A stretch of DNA of 64,000 nt, taken from positions 1 to 64,000 of the IMG/VR virus record IMGVR_UViG_3300045996_001613. One strand, written 5' to 3'. This document shows, one piece after another, positions 9,005 to 18,566 of this stretch. This DNA comes from a virus. Numbering within the stretch: position 1 is the first letter of the stretch; every line of letters begins with the position of its first letter. A model generated the notes under the pieces. The model had not been told where the DNA came from, ran no database searches, and saw only the letters and a list, made by a program, of their open reading frames with translations. The position numbers were made by a program, and so were the translations under genes.

Positions 9005-10423
9005 CTAGATCCTCGCAATCAGTAGCCTGCCACTCCGCTTGCTGTTAGCTTCTTCCGCGAGTGCTCCGGCAACTACGGAGTCTGGCGTATGGTCATTGCC
9101 GTACAACATGTCGACGGTCAGATATTTGTGCTCCTCGTACATGAATTTGATGTAGGGAAACTCGTACTCCAACGCCTGACACTTGCCGACATACCTGTTG
9201 AGTAGCTTGTCCCTCCTCTTCTTGTTGCGGAAGTCCACCGGCTCCGAGTCCGTAAGCATGTAATCCTCGACCACCGACCCTATTCCGGTAACGTCGTGTG
9301 CGCTCTTTCCTCCAAACCGTTCTACCCTCTCGTCATGTTTCGCCACCATGTCCGGCCACTTGCGGCGACCGAGACGCATCCACGCGACCAGACGGTCGGG
9401 GCCTCCGCGACGGCGCTTCATCGAATGGATAACCGTCCAGTCAGAAGACTTGGCCCAATCCGTTCCGTGATAGTAGTCGTGCCCGTCGCCCATCATGGTG
9501 CCGGGTACGATGATCTCCTCGCCCTCGGCTCCTTCAAAGACTCCGAGTTCCCGTAGGAATAGTCCGGACAGGGTCTCTTCATCAAAGATCCTGCCCTCGG
9601 GATTCGGCTCTTGACCCTCGTACTCTGAGAGCCACATCGCCGCGGGAATCTCAGACTTCTTGTCCTCAACCTCCTGATCGTCCAGCCATCCACCGTTAGA
9701 CTGAAGGTTCTCCCTGTAGCACCACTCGTAGTATCCCCAACCGTTCATCTGCGCACGGCTGATAGCCTCGGTCATGGTCCCGTCTATATGCTGGTGAGTG
9801 GACGAACACACCGTCTGCGCCGGAACGTCGTTCGCGGCCATTGTCTGACCCATCGCGGAGTCGAAGATACTTTGGTCCATCTCGTCAATCTCGTCGAGCC
9901 GTAGCCTCTGAGGGTGTGGCCCACGGACAGATGTAGCAGATGCCATCAGAGCCCGAATGTACGCACCGTTGTCCAAGCGGATCTCCCTCTTGAACGATCC
10001 GAGCACCATGCTCGTCGGGGCGAACTTCGCGTCGAAGAACTTACCCTTTACTCGGGTGGAGGTACCCTGCAGATACCCCTGCACGTTCTGCGACTGCTCG
10101 CCAGATCCTCCGAGAAGGTTGATCATCGCGCCCATCGTGATCGCCTCTGTCAGGGTGAGTAGCGCGAGTAGCACTGTCTTGCCACCGAATCCTCGGGACG
10201 CTTTCCATACCGCGATGCGGTCGCGGGCGAAGTATGCATTAGCAAACGCGGTAAAGGGGGCTACGTGATGGGAGCATATCTGTTTCCGGGGTATGTCGAA
10301 TCCCAGGTATATCTCAACCCAATCATGCAGCCAGTCGTCGGTTTGGGGGCGTACGGTACGATACCGCTTAATCGCTTTCTTGCGGTCGCTCTCGTTGAGA
10401 CCCCTTAAATAGTTCTTCAGCAA
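9005..10423 (-). CDS. terL: terminase large subunit
   Basis: Walker A ASRGFGGKT, Walker B LRLDEID, RNase H-like GTDWA and D.PDS. Confidence 0.9.
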   Translation of the reverse strand: MLKNYLRGLNESDRKKAIKRYRTVRPQTDDWLHDWVEIYLGFDIPRKQICSHHVAPFTAFANAYFARDRIAVWKASRGFGGKTVLLALLTLTEAITMGAMINLLGGSGEQSQNVQGYLQGTSTRVKGKFFDAKFAPTSMVLGSFKREIRLDNGAYIRALMASATSVRGPHPQRLRLDEIDEMDQSIFDSAMGQTMAANDVPAQTVCSSTHQHIDGTMTEAISRAQMNGWGYYEWCYRENLQSNGGWLDDQEVEDKKSEIPAAMWLSEYEGQEPNPEGRIFDEETLSGLFLRELGVFEGAEGEEIIVPGTMMGDGHDYYHGTDWAKSSDWTVIHSMKRRRGGPDRLVAWMRLGRRKWPDMVAKHDERVERFGGKSAHDVTGIGSVVEDYMLTDSEPVDFRNKKRRDKLLNRYVGKCQALEYEFPYIKFMYEEHKYLTVDMLYGNDHTPDSVVAGALAEEANSKRSGRLLIARI

Positions 10424-10937
10424 GTTGATCCTCTGACATCCTGTCCAACTCTTCTTCCGGGGTCTGTCCCTGCGTGTCGTCGGACAGGTGTTTGGCTATG
10501 TCGAGTTGGATACGTAGGAGGTTCGATATTCCCGCGAGGGTGATCTTGTCCGGATCGACCTCTTGCACCTTGCTCATCAGCAAGTCTAGGGTGTTCTGCA
10601 CGGTGTCGAAGTTCTCGTATAGCTGAGTACGGAGTCGTTCGATACTCATGGCCTGCCGCTTGGCCTCCTGCTTGACACCCTGCTCTATCCCCTTGCGACG
10701 CTGCGCCGAGAGATGTGTGTCAAATGCGGTGGCACGATCTACCCAATCAAATCTGCGGCTCCACGCGAGGAAGGAACTGGACGGCTTGGGGCCGGAGGCA
10801 TTTTCGTGGTGCTCCTTGTACCTAGTCCACGCATTGTCCATATTCCGGACACGCGGGTCCAACAGCATGTAGCACTCAAACGCCTTATATTGGAGGGACG
10901 ATTCGTCCTCCCGTTTATCCCATGCCTCTTTAGCCAT
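10368..10937 (-). CDS. terS: terminase small subunit
   Basis: W..R..ES...Y.AF..Y and WSRRFDWVDRA HTH pattern; directly upstream of terL. Confidence 0.75.
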   Translation of the reverse strand: MAKEAWDKREDESSLQYKAFECYMLLDPRVRNMDNAWTRYKEHHENASGPKPSSSFLAWSRRFDWVDRATAFDTHLSAQRRKGIEQGVKQEAKRQAMSIERLRTQLYENFDTVQNTLDLLMSKVQEVDPDKITLAGISNLLRIQLDIAKHLSDDTQGQTPEEELDRMSEDQLAEELFKGSQRERPQESD

Positions 10938-11035
10938 ACACCCTCCCCCGAGGTAACGAAAGCATTGTACTTCTACCTAGGGTATTCCACAAGTCGGGGG
11001 TAGGAAAGGAATGCTCATCGGTTATAATGAGGATC

Positions 11036-11299
11036 ATGGACAAGCCATATGAAGAACTAGGTTGGGATAACTACAGCGGAGAGGCAAAGTGGTATACATT
11101 CAGGTCGAAGCCGATTGATTCGGGAGACTTCCTCGACGTTGAAGAACTTGCAGAGGCATTGTCAAACATCACCCTGAAGCGCTTGGTGGGTGAGCCCCTT
11201 AACACCTCAGAAGCCAACATCCTAGCCTTCACCCTAAACGCGGACTCATGCGCGATGGGGGCAAGATACGGACCCTACACACCGGAGGAAGAGGAATGA
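11036..11299 (+). CDS. hypothetical protein, probably leaderless
   Basis: ATG 7 nt after TATAAT. Confidence 0.55.
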   Translation: MDKPYEELGWDNYSGEAKWYTFRSKPIDSGDFLDVEELAEALSNITLKRLVGEPLNTSEANILAFTLNADSCAMGARYGPYTPEEEE

Positions 11300-11553
11300 A
11301 TCCTAAATACGTATTTACGCTGGGACAGGACACCGAGTCGGTGCAGTTCCGAATCAACGATGATGTCAACGACATAATCGTCAATAGCAACAGCCTGTCT
11401 GCTCAGAACATCAAGATGGGAGACCTAGCCGAGGTTCGGATGGACGGAGTGTCCGTATTCGGTATTTTGATCGGGGACAAGTCCAAAAAAGAAAACGGCA
11501 ACTGGTGGTTCCAACTGCTCCGAGTTAATCCCGGCGCAAATGCCGAGGAATAG
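11296..11553 (+). CDS. hypothetical protein
   Basis: RBS; ATGA coupling. Confidence 0.55.
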   Translation: MNPKYVFTLGQDTESVQFRINDDVNDIIVNSNSLSAQNIKMGDLAEVRMDGVSVFGILIGDKSKKENGNWWFQLLRVNPGANAEE

Positions 11554-11899
11554 AATCACCGTAAAACGTGTCCGAGAGGCGTACGCCCGGAAGCCGTTTT
11601 ATCCGATCTCAGGAGTTTTCCGAGATGGTCAAGCAGGGCGTTGTCCAATATCAGCCGTTGCGTCTGCTGAACGTCGGTCTGTATCCTATTACGCCCTTTC
11701 CGGAGTCAAGGATGGCAGCGACTACCTACGTCGTCTATCCGAAAGACTCGGAATATCCGAACAGTACCTCAAGTCCTTCGTAGATGGATACGACGGCATC
11801 CACGACTTCGACCCCGGAAGGCATACCAAGACTGGTTACGGTGACGGGTCAAGAGTACGAGCCCACATACCTCCGGAGGTGGATTATGTCGAAGGCTGA
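11540..11899 (+). CDS. hypothetical protein, paralogue of 34523-34933
   Basis: shared LG....YLK...DG and G..DG motifs. Confidence 0.6.
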   Translation: MPRNRITVKRVREAYARKPFYPISGVFRDGQAGRCPISAVASAERRSVSYYALSGVKDGSDYLRRLSERLGISEQYLKSFVDGYDGIHDFDPGRHTKTGYGDGSRVRAHIPPEVDYVEG

Positions 11900-12620
11900 C
11901 AATGTTACGCTCGGGATAAATAAATCTTGGAGGTCTCCTCCGATGCTAGAGTCTAGCCAGATCGACTTCTACCACCGATACTGCCGGGATTGCAAGCATC
12001 GCTTCGTGACCGACGATATAGAGAGGTTGGTCTGCGACCTCTGCCGAGAGAAGCGCATGGAGGCTCGGATAACGGATCTGTCCCTTCCGGGGGAATTGCA
12101 CGTCTATCACTGCGCCGAGTGCGACCTAGACTCTGTAGACTCTAGCTTCTGCCACCGCTGCGAGCCTGAGTGGTGTAACAAGGAGCGCGAGTATTCTCAG
12201 CAACAACACAACAAGCGAAGAATCCAAACCCTCAGCAAAGAGACGGTGTTCTGCTATCACTGCGGAGCCGGTCGAGACAAGCAGCATATGGATACCTTTG
12301 CCAAAGACGGGACGCTGCACTACCTGTGTAACCCCTCGACGTCGCAGGGGTGGAAGTGCATCGAAGCGGTGGTGCCTGAGCATATCCGCAGGGGCACCAG
12401 TGACATGCAGACCGAGATGGAGCGATACTTGGATCAGATCCAGAGTGAGATTGAGGATCAGATTGACAACTTGAACAAGGCGCAGTCGTCTATGGCGAGG
12501 GACATGTACGTCACCCCTATCGAAAGATCCTCGTCAATGGTAAAATTCACCGTATGTTGTATGGGATTCACGACGTGGGCCGTACTACTGGCGATAATAA
12601 TCCAGAGGTTCTTGATGTAG
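11886..12620 (+). CDS. multi Zn-finger protein with C-terminal membrane anchor
   Basis: several CxxC pairs, coiled coil, hydrophobic tail. Confidence 0.6.
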   Translation: MSKADNVTLGINKSWRSPPMLESSQIDFYHRYCRDCKHRFVTDDIERLVCDLCREKRMEARITDLSLPGELHVYHCAECDLDSVDSSFCHRCEPEWCNKEREYSQQQHNKRRIQTLSKETVFCYHCGAGRDKQHMDTFAKDGTLHYLCNPSTSQGWKCIEAVVPEHIRRGTSDMQTEMERYLDQIQSEIEDQIDNLNKAQSSMARDMYVTPIERSSSMVKFTVCCMGFTTWAVLLAIIIQRFLM

Positions 12621-12886
12621 CCGAACTCGTGTACAGGATCGGAGAGCGTGCCCCCATGGGAGTGTTAAAGAGAACGAGATTCAAAGAGGGATCGTATGTG
12701 CAAGTGCTTTTTGGCCGCAGCTACGGTGCACGCGGCACGGTGGAGATCCGTCCTCAGAACCTCTCCGAGAGGTCGACCATCGCGATCCGGATGGATGGGG
12801 ACGATGATCAGACCTTGAAATACTTCACCCCCGAGATGCTTATGGAGGTCGAGGAACTTGAGGGACACGAGGGAAGGGAGCTTTAG
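12554..12886 (+). CDS. KOW/SH3-like hypothetical protein (start uncertain)
   Basis: FKEGSYVQVLFG...GARGTV. Confidence 0.45.
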   Translation: MLYGIHDVGRTTGDNNPEVLDVAELVYRIGERAPMGVLKRTRFKEGSYVQVLFGRSYGARGTVEIRPQNLSERSTIAIRMDGDDDQTLKYFTPEMLMEVEELEGHEGREL

Positions 12887-13412
12887 GATAGTGGTGGTGC
12901 AGAAGCCGCAAGTCTACCTCGACGGGGCTATGATGCTGTACTGCAAGGGTGTAGCAATCAAGAGGAACGAGTATGAGGATGAACATGGACACATGGTCAA
13001 GAACCCCAATATTCAGGACGATCCTGACAAGAGCTATCATACTCATATGGTCGGGGCTATGGCGGAGGCTGCGGTGTCTCTTTACTACGGGATATCTCCA
13101 GATCTGACATACCGTACCGACGGCAAGGGGGGACGGGAAAAGGACCTTGTGATCAAGGATCGCACGGTCGAGGTCAAGGCGACAGAAAGGCCCGGACCCG
13201 CGAGGCTGATCGTGCCCAAGGGCAGGCTAAGAGAGTCTGATGTGTACTTCCTCGTGTATGTCAACATATCAGGACGGGTGTGCGTACTCAGAGGGTGGGC
13301 CGAGTGGCAGAGGGTCAGGGACTTCAATGAGCCCGAGGACAGGAAGCCGGGGGCTCTGAGGGGCAAGGGACTGTACACGGTACACGAAAGCAAACTACGG
13401 AGAGTCAAGTGA
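12858..13412 (+). CDS. PD-(D/E)XK nuclease-like protein
   Basis: GAMAE...D...VEVKAT. Confidence 0.6.
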   Translation: MRDTREGSFRIVVVQKPQVYLDGAMMLYCKGVAIKRNEYEDEHGHMVKNPNIQDDPDKSYHTHMVGAMAEAAVSLYYGISPDLTYRTDGKGGREKDLVIKDRTVEVKATERPGPARLIVPKGRLRESDVYFLVYVNISGRVCVLRGWAEWQRVRDFNEPEDRKPGALRGKGLYTVHESKLRRVK

Positions 13413-13618
13413 GCGTGAGGAAGGTTGGAGATTCCGTCTTGGAGATATTGGAGTCTGGGCCTGCAACGTGGCCGCAGATCAAGTCAAACATATGGTCAGA
13501 TGAGCGTTTGAAAGTAAAGATCGCAATGTTCAACTTAGTTGATAGCGGACAGGTAATCGTAGACCGTAATTCGACGGTAGGGGAAACATACTACCTATTA
13601 CGAAGGGACATGATGTAG
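13409..13618 (+). CDS. small winged-helix-like protein
   Basis: VLEILESGP.TW..I...LVDSGQV. Confidence 0.5.
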   Translation: MSVRKVGDSVLEILESGPATWPQIKSNIWSDERLKVKIAMFNLVDSGQVIVDRNSTVGETYYLLRRDMM

Positions 13619-13619
13619 C

Positions 13620-13910
13620 ATGGCAAACATCGAAGTAACCGAGATGAAGCAGGTCCAAGTGACGTCCAAGAATCTCACGGACATCCTAAAGTCGTCCACA
13701 CAGGTCGCGGACGTGGAGGAGAGTATGGGATTCCAGATGGTAGACATGGTCTTCCCGCCACCGCAAAGGGGAGGCGGCTTGATCATGTACTTTCAGCGCA
13801 GCAAGGGTGGCGGCGGTGGAGGCGGAAACGATGGTGGACAGGACCCCACTCCCGAGTATCCCGACGCGATGCCATACCCACACCCCTTCGCGGGAATGTT
13901 TGGAGGGTAG
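13620..13910 (+). CDS. hypothetical protein with poly-Gly linker
   Basis: 96 aa in operon. Confidence 0.5.
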   Translation: MANIEVTEMKQVQVTSKNLTDILKSSTQVADVEESMGFQMVDMVFPPPQRGGGLIMYFQRSKGGGGGGGNDGGQDPTPEYPDAMPYPHPFAGMFGG

Positions 13911-13913
13911 CGC

Positions 13914-14192
13914 GTGTACTTTGAGTTCGGGGCAAAGATAGTCCGGGTTATCGACGGGGATTCCGCGATAGTGGACTCCTACGTCACCAAGCAGGATGAA
14001 GTGACGCGTATCCGTTTCAAGGATCGCTTCTCCGCGGAACTGGATGATCCGGACGCTACGCAGCGGGATATTGCCGCGGCGGAAAAGAAGGCCGCGGAAG
14101 AGATGTTCCCGGTCGGGTGTGAAGTGAAGCTGACCAACACGCGAGCACACTGGACATATGACCGGCTGGAAGCGAGGGTGGATCGCACATGA
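13914..14192 (+). CDS. thermonuclease (SNase)-like protein
   Basis: VRVIDGDS, RIRF...SAEL, YDRL. Confidence 0.7.
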   Translation: MYFEFGAKIVRVIDGDSAIVDSYVTKQDEVTRIRFKDRFSAELDDPDATQRDIAAAEKKAAEEMFPVGCEVKLTNTRAHWTYDRLEARVDRT

Positions 14193-14654
14193 GTGGGTCC
14201 GAGCAGGTCCCCTCGGAGACGCTGATCACTGGACATCACGTAGCGGTGAGACGCTACACTGAGAACGAGGAGCCGATATTATGGAACGAGAGAGCGTAGT
14301 GGAGAAGTTCATGATGGTCGTGTTGGGTTTTGTCGCGGCCCTGTTTGTGTTGGGGCTCGGGGCCTTGGCTATGGAGATGCTGACGAACCCGGCCTGTGTG
14401 TTGGCGGTCTGCTCGTGAGGACCTTTCACGCGGTGTGTGTATTGCTTGCGATTGCCTCGTTTGTGATCGCGATGCTATACGCATATGGCCTCATGTTTCA
14501 CGGCATGGGACCTCTGCCTTGACTTACACTGTAACGGTGTACCAGAGCTAGATCTTGACAAAAGATTTCCTGGGCCGGAAAATGGAGTCCCAAGGAGGGA
14601 GGGGTTTGGGACATTCTCCGAGTCAGGACTGACTAAGAGATTGGTTGTTATTGA

Positions 14655-14936
14655 ATGGCTGTAACAGAAAGAGATCTCCCCGCGAACGAAGTGAGCACTC
14701 CCGGTAGGGGCAAAGTGCTGCCCTTTTTTAAGTCTATGATTGACGCTATTCTTGAGCCCTCAAGGAGGGCTCGGTATGTCCAAGACAGAAGAGGGTTCAT
14801 ATGGAGGAGAACAGCGCACTTGGCCCACCTCGGCAAGATAGCTAGCAAGGAAGACCCGATCCGGTTAGAGGTGATCGGGTGGACCACCCGAGAGATCCAG
14901 AGATACATGGCAGAACTCAAGACACTTGGTAAATAG
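14655..14936 (+). CDS. hypothetical protein
   Basis: 93 aa ORF. Confidence 0.4.
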   Translation: MAVTERDLPANEVSTPGRGKVLPFFKSMIDAILEPSRRARYVQDRRGFIWRRTAHLAHLGKIASKEDPIRLEVIGWTTREIQRYMAELKTLGK

Positions 14937-15014
14937 CATTGGCACCGACCACTATATGTGGTAGGGTGAGAGTGTGAAGAAAGTCGTCCATATAAGAAAA
15001 CAGGAGGTAACTTT

Positions 15015-15302
15015 ATGAAGAAACTGTTTGTAGTTCTAGCAATGATGGCAATGCTGTTGGCCGTCGCGGTGCCAGTGGTGGCACAGTCTGGCTCTCCCGA
15101 GCCTACGTCGCAGTACCAGTACAGCGCAAGCGCCTCGGCAAGCTCTGCACCCTCGGCGCAGTACAGCCAGTATCCCAACGAAGCACAGTATGGTGACGCT
15201 AGCGCCGGGTTCCTCCCGGATACGGGTGGGATACCACTCGCTGCGGTTGCCGGTGCTTTGCTGGTTGCAGGTGGTCTGATCGCACGGAAGATCGTTAGGT
15301 AG
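15015..15302 (+). CDS. secreted LPXTG (LPDTG) sortase-anchored surface protein
   Basis: signal peptide, Ser/Ala/Gln/Tyr spacer, LPDTG, hydrophobic helix, RKIVR tail. Confidence 0.85.
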   Translation: MKKLFVVLAMMAMLLAVAVPVVAQSGSPEPTSQYQYSASASASSAPSAQYSQYPNEAQYGDASAGFLPDTGGIPLAAVAGALLVAGGLIARKIVR

Positions 15303-15324
15303 CACCAACCAAAGGACGGCTTTG

Positions 15325-15350
15325 AAGGGACCCCTTCGGGGGTCCTTTTC
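15325..15350 (+). terminator. intrinsic terminator
   Basis: GGACCCC-TTCG-GGGGTCC then T-tract. Confidence 0.85.
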
Positions 15351-15351
15351 T

Positions 15352-15681
15352 TTACCCGTTTTCGTAGTGGAATCGTCGGTGGCAGTTGGCGCAGAGGACG
15401 TCGCACTTTGCGATCTCGGCTAGGATCTTGGCTAGGGTGAATCCCCTGTGTACCATGTCGCAGATCTTGTGTTCCTTGAAGTCCTCGTCCCTATGGTGAA
15501 AGTCCAGCACCGCGGGATGGTTCTCTCCACAGTTCTCGCAGCCGCGTTTGACCTTGATATCCAAGACCTGAGCGTGACGTTCTCTACGCCTCGCCTTGAC
15601 TCTATTGTGGTAATCGTTCGTGTGGTCGCGGTAGTGTTGTCGCTGCGCCTCTAGTTGCCGTGCCCGATCCTTGTATGGCAT
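15352..15681 (-). CDS. HNH endonuclease
   Basis: CENCG...LDFHH...LCANCHRRFH. Confidence 0.85.
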   Translation of the reverse strand: MPYKDRARQLEAQRQHYRDHTNDYHNRVKARRRERHAQVLDIKVKRGCENCGENHPAVLDFHHRDEDFKEHKICDMVHRGFTLAKILAEIAKCDVLCANCHRRFHYENG

Positions 15682-15704
15682 GTCAATAGTATACACGAAA
15701 ATAG

Positions 15705-15779
15705 TCAGGAGGGGGGAGGCTCGAACTCCCTCATTGTGGGCCACAACCACAAGCTCTAACCCGGTAAGCTACCTCCTGA
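15705..15779 (-). tRNA. tRNA-His (GUG), atypical
   Basis: cloverleaf; anticodon loop TT-GTG-GC; TTCGAG T-loop. Confidence 0.8.
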
Positions 15780-15782
15780 AAG

Positions 15783-15854
15783 TGGTCGGAGGTAGGTTTG
15801 AACTACCGTCTCCGGGATTTCACTCCGGCGCTATACCTCCTCAGCTACCCGACC
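15783..15854 (-). tRNA. tRNA-Phe (GAA)
   Basis: GGTCGGG/TCCGACC acceptor stem; loop GT-GAA-AT; TTCAAAC T-loop. Confidence 0.8.
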
Positions 15855-16115
15855 GCGTAGGTGTTACTACGGATGTCGGGGGCTAAATCGGTAGTTCAGG
15901 TTGAATGTTTTAAGAAGGAACGAGAGCCAGACAGATGTCAACGGTAAGCAGACGGCGAGCAAAGGAGGAAACGAAAAAATCTCGCCAGACGTCCGACTCT
16001 CATTCATGGCTGTATAGTACCACATACGCGGTTCTGTCAACCATAGTTTTCGGCAATAAAAATATCCGGGGCTTAATACAACCCCGGATACCCGATTCCT
16101 ATGATGCTTAGTATG

Positions 16116-16208
16116 CTACCGGCCCCTGGACCTATACTTCACGTTGAACCCCATCATGCGTAGCCAGTAGTTCCTCCACTGCACGTATGCCGCGAGTGCG
16201 CTTACCAT
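16116..16208 (-). CDS. 30-aa small protein
   Basis: GAGG RBS; MVSALAAYVQWRNYWLRMMGFNVKYRSRGR; followed by terminator hairpin. Confidence 0.35.
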   Translation of the reverse strand: MVSALAAYVQWRNYWLRMMGFNVKYRSRGR

Positions 16209-16231
16209 GTCCTCTTCACCATCATGACCTC

Positions 16232-16729
16232 CTATGGACGAACTCTACGGGCTCCATCATACCCTATAAGGTAGCGTCTTTCACTCTCGACCACGGCCCC
16301 AAAGTAGTTGCTTGCGTGGACAATTTTGCCCCGGCCTGTGGCTATTCCCACATGCGTCGGGGGACCCGCGGGACCATTCTCATCGTAGAACAGTACGTCT
16401 CCGGGACGGACCCTGCGGGGTTGCCATCCGTAGTACTTTTGCCCGAGGGGGGAGTATCCGATGGACACTCCCGTCGCGGCCCTGACCGCGTAGCCGGTCA
16501 ACTCACTACAGGTCCACGCGCCTCCGCTGTACCCGTAGGGGTCTCCGATCTGAGAACGGGCCTTCGCGACAATTGCCTTGCCGTACTTGTACCCCCCGCC
16601 TCGTGCGTCTGCCTCCTTCGGCTGAACGTCTGCAAGCATCACGCTGGCAATGCATATTATCGCAATGCACAGTGCTATGAATACAAACTTGAACACCTTG
16701 CTCGCCAACATGATGCTGCTTACCTCCAT
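16232..16729 (-). CDS. secreted NlpC/P60 peptidoglycan hydrolase
   Basis: signal/TM; G.PY...WTCS, PGDVLFY, THVGI, IVHAS. Confidence 0.9.
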   Translation of the reverse strand: MEVSSIMLASKVFKFVFIALCIAIICIASVMLADVQPKEADARGGGYKYGKAIVAKARSQIGDPYGYSGGAWTCSELTGYAVRAATGVSIGYSPLGQKYYGWQPRRVRPGDVLFYDENGPAGPPTHVGIATGRGKIVHASNYFGAVVESERRYLIGYDGARRVRP

Positions 16730-16866
16730 CTGTCCGCTTCTTTATAACAAAATGATAACAACGAACTAGCGGGGCGAAAAGGGGTGTAACGGAAACTTAA
16801 TAATCAACACATAGAAGTCAATAGAAGGGGGAGAGCCGGAGCCCTCCCCTATAACGGAAGTGCATG

Positions 16867-17052
16867 TTAGTCACACTTCTTGAGACCGCCAACAGACGTG
16901 TCAGCGTTCTGACCCGGCGGACACTTGCCCGTGGGATTCAGGTCGGGGTTACCTCGACCCGGACCCTCGTCTATCGCGCCCATGGCGGACGGAACAAACG
17001 AGGCCATTGCGAACAGAGTCGCGCCCATCAGAGTTGCTATCCTACGCTTCAT
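16867..17052 (-). CDS. small secreted peptide with two Cys
   Basis: GGAGG RBS, signal peptide, own terminator. Confidence 0.65.
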   Translation of the reverse strand: MKRRIATLMGATLFAMASFVPSAMGAIDEGPGRGNPDLNPTGKCPPGQNADTSVGGLKKCD

Positions 17053-17127
17053 ATACACCTCCCAACACAGAGCCTACGCGATCATTGTACTACTTTGCGC
17101 GTAGGCTCCTCAACTGACAGTGTATGT

Positions 17128-17559
17128 CTACTTGTTTGCGTAGTAGGGATCGTATCCCTGATTGATGCGGTACCGTACCTCGCCGTGCCCCGCGTAGGTC
17201 AGACCGATCTTGTCTGAGACGATCTGGTTCATGTCGAGCACTCGTCCCGTCCACACCGCGGGGCCGTAGTCGGTCACGGTGACGCCGTGTGCGCAGACCT
17301 GATAGCAGATGGTCAGCTTGGTGCCGGGGGGCAGTGTACGGCTCGCTACGGTCCAATCTTCCCACGTCAGTACATCTCCGTAGGCTGTGGTGTTCCCGTG
17401 TAGCGCGTAATACGATGCCTGTCCGTAGTACCACTCACCGTACGCTTGGGCTGGTGAGGGGTTGAGTCCCGCGGCCACTACCACTAGCGATAGCATGCCT
17501 CCTATGATGCGGTCTCGCCACCGCTTGCGCTTGCGTGCGAAGTCTCCAAACTTGTGCAT
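17128..17559 (-). CDS. secreted RlpA-like (DPBB) lytic transglycosylase
   Basis: GQASYY...TAYG, ASRTLPPGT, VTDYGP, RVLDM. Confidence 0.85.
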   Translation of the reverse strand: MHKFGDFARKRKRWRDRIIGGMLSLVVVAAGLNPSPAQAYGEWYYGQASYYALHGNTTAYGDVLTWEDWTVASRTLPPGTKLTICYQVCAHGVTVTDYGPAVWTGRVLDMNQIVSDKIGLTYAGHGEVRYRINQGYDPYYANK

Positions 17560-17595
17560 AGTTCCCTCCTTGGGATTGCTTACGCTGTCAGTATA

Positions 17596-17970
17596 TCAGG
17601 CTCCGCGACCGATGCGACCCCTTGGAAATCTACTAGGGTCTTTCCACGGAGCTAGGTCGTAGCCGAAGTAGTTCGGCGGCGGCGGCAAGGTGGTCGTGGG
17701 GCTTCTCGCTCCTTCAACAACGAACCCACTCTCAATCTCCACCGCGTCACGTAGGAAGAATGATCCCTCCTCTCCGGGCTGATCCTCGTACGAAAGCTCC
17801 AGCCCCTCTTGCTCACACACTCTCATCAGCATCTTGAAGTCCCAATGGGTGAGCGCCGTCGACCATATCTCGATCTTCCACTCCCCGTTAGCAAGGGGTA
17901 GGGTGCAGGTGGACGCGACGTGAGCCTCTGACAACTGTTCCGCGATCCTCATTGCCTTCTCTTTATTCAT
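17596..17970 (-). CDS. hypothetical leaderless protein
   Basis: TTGACC-N16-TATGAT promoter, ATG 6 nt downstream. Confidence 0.6.
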   Translation of the reverse strand: MNKEKAMRIAEQLSEAHVASTCTLPLANGEWKIEIWSTALTHWDFKMLMRVCEQEGLELSYEDQPGEEGSFFLRDAVEIESGFVVEGARSPTTTLPPPPNYFGYDLAPWKDPSRFPRGRIGRGA

Positions 17971-18062
17971 GCAACCATCATACCACGACGGAAACTTCGG
18001 TCAATAGTATCGGGAAAAGAGGAGACCCGAGGGGCCTCGGGTCTCAGTTTAGGTCCTACGAC

Positions 18063-18272
18063 CTAGTGTATGTCGCCGTGTGCGCTGTTCTCTGACACCT
18101 TCTCCGGTAGGCACAGGGGATGCGGCTGCTTGGCCGACTGCCCATGGTTGTGCTCATACCGCGTGACGCCGTTGCCCTTCGTGTTACACTCGTTATGCGC
18201 GAGTGCTGGCATCGCAAACATCGGCACCATGAAGGCCGCGGTCACTATTAGCGTGGCTATTTTCCTCGTCAT
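18063..18272 (-). CDS. small secreted His-rich peptide with two Cys
   Basis: GAGGAGG RBS, signal peptide ending ALA, own terminator. Confidence 0.7.
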   Translation of the reverse strand: MTRKIATLIVTAAFMVPMFAMPALAHNECNTKGNGVTRYEHNHGQSAKQPHPLCLPEKVSENSAHGDIH

Positions 18273-18386
18273 TACTCACCTCCTCGTTGGTCGAATTGGA
18301 AAATCCTCCAGTTTTAGAGGAGGATAATCAACAGTATTACGATCAAAAGTAGTACTACAACTCCGCCTATGGGATACATGCCCTAC

Positions 18387-18566
18387 TCACCGCCTTTGGG
18401 ATTCAGATAGCTCGTCTTTTACCGCGTCCTTTACCCCGCCGGAGCCCGATTCGGACTCCTCCTCGGGCGTTGGCTTAGGGGACGGAGACCTTACCGCTTG
18501 CTCCAACTCGTCCCTTACGTTATCCCTTACTCCGCCTGACCCTGTTTTGCTTCTGTCTTTATCCAT
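18387..18566 (-). CDS. 59-aa hydrophilic leaderless protein with internal repeat
   Basis: GSGGV[RK]D.V[RK]DEL twice; ATG 6 nt after TACGAT. Confidence 0.55.
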   Translation of the reverse strand: MDKDRSKTGSGGVRDNVRDELEQAVRSPSPKPTPEEESESGSGGVKDAVKDELSESQRR

